A stretch of DNA of 64,000 nt, from positions 8,184,001 through 8,248,000 of the forward strand of contig JBHGNT010000020.1 in the NCBI GenBank assembly GCA_043228905.1, read 5' to 3'. Below the pieces are notes generated by a model that ran no database searches, was not told where the DNA came from, and saw nothing but the letters and a program-made list of their open reading frames with translations. A program made the translations under genes and the position numbers. This DNA comes from Azolla caroliniana. Its lineage: Eukaryota > Plantae > Polypodiophyta. Every line of letters starts with the position of its first letter. The first letter of the stretch is position 1. Shown here in pieces: positions 61,701 through 64,000 of this stretch.

Positions 61701-64000
61701 AAATTTCACGACGAGTCACCGCTTCCGCCTTGGAAGAAGTTAATGTGGGTACGGAGTCAGAACCCCGTTTCCTCTCCATCGCAAAGGAATTAAGGCCGGA
61801 CCAAAGAAACACGATGATCGCACTACTCAAGAAATATAAAGATGTGTTCGCTTGGGGTCACGAGGACATGAAGGGGTTAGATCCCAAGTTCTATCAACAT
61901 AAGATCAATTTAGCAACCGACGCAAAACCCGTCCAGCAACGCCTACGCGACCCGCGTAAAAGAAGAAATTGACAAACTCTTGAAGGCAGGGTTCATATGG
62001 CCAGTTAAACAAGCCACATGGTTAAGTCCGATAGTAGTCGTTCCAAAGAAAAACGGCAAAATATGGGTATGCGTGGATTACCGAAAATTAAACGCCGTAA
62101 CCATTAAGGAAGCATTCCCTTTACCATTCACCGATAGTGTACTGGACGCCATCGTAGGACATGACATGTAAAGTTTTTTAGATGGCTTCAGTGGGTATAA
62201 CCAGGTACGCATGCATCCCGAGGACCAAGAGAAGACGACATTTGTCACGGACTGGGGAGTCTATGTGGTAGTCGTCATGATGTTCGGGCTAAAGACAGCG
62301 CCGACAACATTTCAACGGACAATTACGGAGATCTTTGGGGAATATATTCTGGCGTTCATGCAAGTTTTTTTAGACGACTTTGCGGTATATGGGAGAACAA
62401 TAGACCATTTTACGCATCTGCAACTGTGCCTGGAATGTTGCCGCACCGCACGCTTAAACCTGAATCCCGTGAAATGTGCCTTCGGCGTGACCAGCGGGAC
62501 TCTCTTAGGCCATAAAGTCAGCAAGGAGGGAATAGCGGTTGATCGAACAAGATCTCCGCGATTACGCAAGCCAAAACTCCGACAAACGCGAAATAACTCA
62601 GTTGGTTTTTGGGACAAATATGGTGGCATAGTCGGATGATACGATATTTCGCGGACTTTGCCATGTCGTTACATGTTGCCGTGCATCGGACTCCCTTCCA
62701 ATGGACCGCAACGGAGGACAAGGCCTATGAGGCACTTAAGATAATGCTCACACAGGCCCCCGTCGTACAAACACTAGTTTGGGCGAAGCCATTCCATGTG
62801 TTCGTCGACACCTCAGACATAGCAATAGGGAGTGCGCTAATGCAGCTCACCGAACCAAGCTGGTACCGGCCAGTGTACTATGCTAGTCGCAAATTATCAA
62901 CAGCAGAGCATAACTATTCCACAACAGAGCGGGAGGTGCTAGGGCTAATCTGTAGCATCAATAAATTCCGGCATTATTTACTGGGGAGGAAATTCACGTT
63001 CCACGTGGATCATTCGACGCTGATGTATTTGGTGGAGAAACAAGCCCTGACGGGGAAATTGGTGCGATGGATGCTGCTGCTTCAAGAATTCGATTTTGTA
63101 ATTCAGCACCGACCAGGGACGCAACACGTAGTGTGTTATGGGCATGACCATTTAATATCCCGTGGTGAGAATTTACCGTAGTATTCTATACACGTGGATA
63201 AGTGTATAGAATACTATAGTAAATTCTCACACTCCTCCACCCCGATCCGCAAAGCATAGGTTAGCGGAGTTAGCTGCCCCAGAGTGGGAAGAGGAACCCC
63301 AACCCGCCCAGCTAGACACACAGACAACGCAGGAAGAACAACCGGCACGCTCCGCGGACGTAGCCCCAGAGCCAGACGCCGTAACACGACAGGATAGCCC
63401 CAGACCGAAACGACGGAGATTGGACAGGAAAGATGGGCGGGGATTGGTCAAAGACGTCCCTAGGGCGGTAGAGACAATGACCGAAGGCGATGGGTCCGTA
63501 GCTATGGAGCCCAATACCACCTTCGAAATCATCTGGGAGCCATGGCCGATCATTACGACTCAGTCACAACGAGGGAAAGCCGTATTGACGGCGGAAAGTG
63601 AGGTTTTGGCATATCCAGATATCCTGGACACGGCCCACGAGTTCAACGCCCTCTTCCAGTTCAGAACCTCTTTTGAGGTCATGAAATTCCTGGCAACGCA
63701 ATAGATAAAGGCCTCACAACGAATGGCCGAGGAGCATGTGGAGCGCCAGATGATTGAGCGCGCCCTAACACAAACGGCAGAGAGCGACGATGAGGACCTG
63801 CTAGCCAGGGTCAACAGACAGAGGAACGCCGGTGTACGCCGAGTGTGGATGGAGTTACCCCCATTAAACACGGCCCTAGTCGAAGTGCATACGGAACTGG
63901 CAAAGGTCAGCACGGGCGCCAAGGAGATGGCCATTAAAAATAAGAATGTCTGGAAGAAGGTGAAAATGACCCAAGCCGAGCTACAAAAACCACGGAGTTG
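58740..64000 (+). mobile_element. Degenerate Gypsy D (relative of Gypsy A): 5' LTR 58740-59180, gag, PR, RT, RH; integrase missing; extra-ORF remnant 63231-64000
   Basis: TGTTG...TAACA LTR. PBS-like TGGCATGCTTGGTG (Arg-like). Peptides homologous to Gypsy A (NVWNANH, VIDGGSGVNVIS, FLDDFAVY, YASRKLS). Confidence 0.88.
63134..63205 (+). mobile_element. 5' end of a chromovirus LTR of the same family as 48303-48752
   Basis: TGTTATGGGCATGACCAT...GGATAAGTGT matches the reverse complement of about 48680-48752. Confidence 0.85.

Overview
Eukaryotic, plant-type genomic DNA (probably a non-seed land plant such as a fern; inferred from the TE lineages). About 85% of the window is two nests of LTR retrotransposons (1-39.8 kb and 48.3-64 kb). 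Between them is an AT-rich island with one host gene, a 7-coding-exon adenylyl-sulfate (APS) kinase on the minus strand. TSDs, PBS and PPT motifs resolve most boundaries. The elements include an intact young Tork/Tnt1-like Copia, a defective relative with a swapped gag, degenerate copies of a second Copia lineage, Arg-tRNA-primed Gypsy elements with an extra 3' ORF, Ylt1-like Gypsy elements with 4-bp TSDs, a Tcn1/Tf1-like chromovirus fragment, a Gag-PR non-autonomous element with apparently identical LTRs, and several solo LTRs. Most notable observations: (1) antisense tRNA-derived A-box/B-box modules inside the LTRs of two different Gypsy LTR groups; (2) a non-coding TRIM-like element with a Tf1-style 11-nt self-priming configuration; (3) CpG-centred 4-bp targets for the Ylt1-like family; (4) template-switch scars. 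All alignments were done by eye and lineage names rest on motif recall, not database searches.
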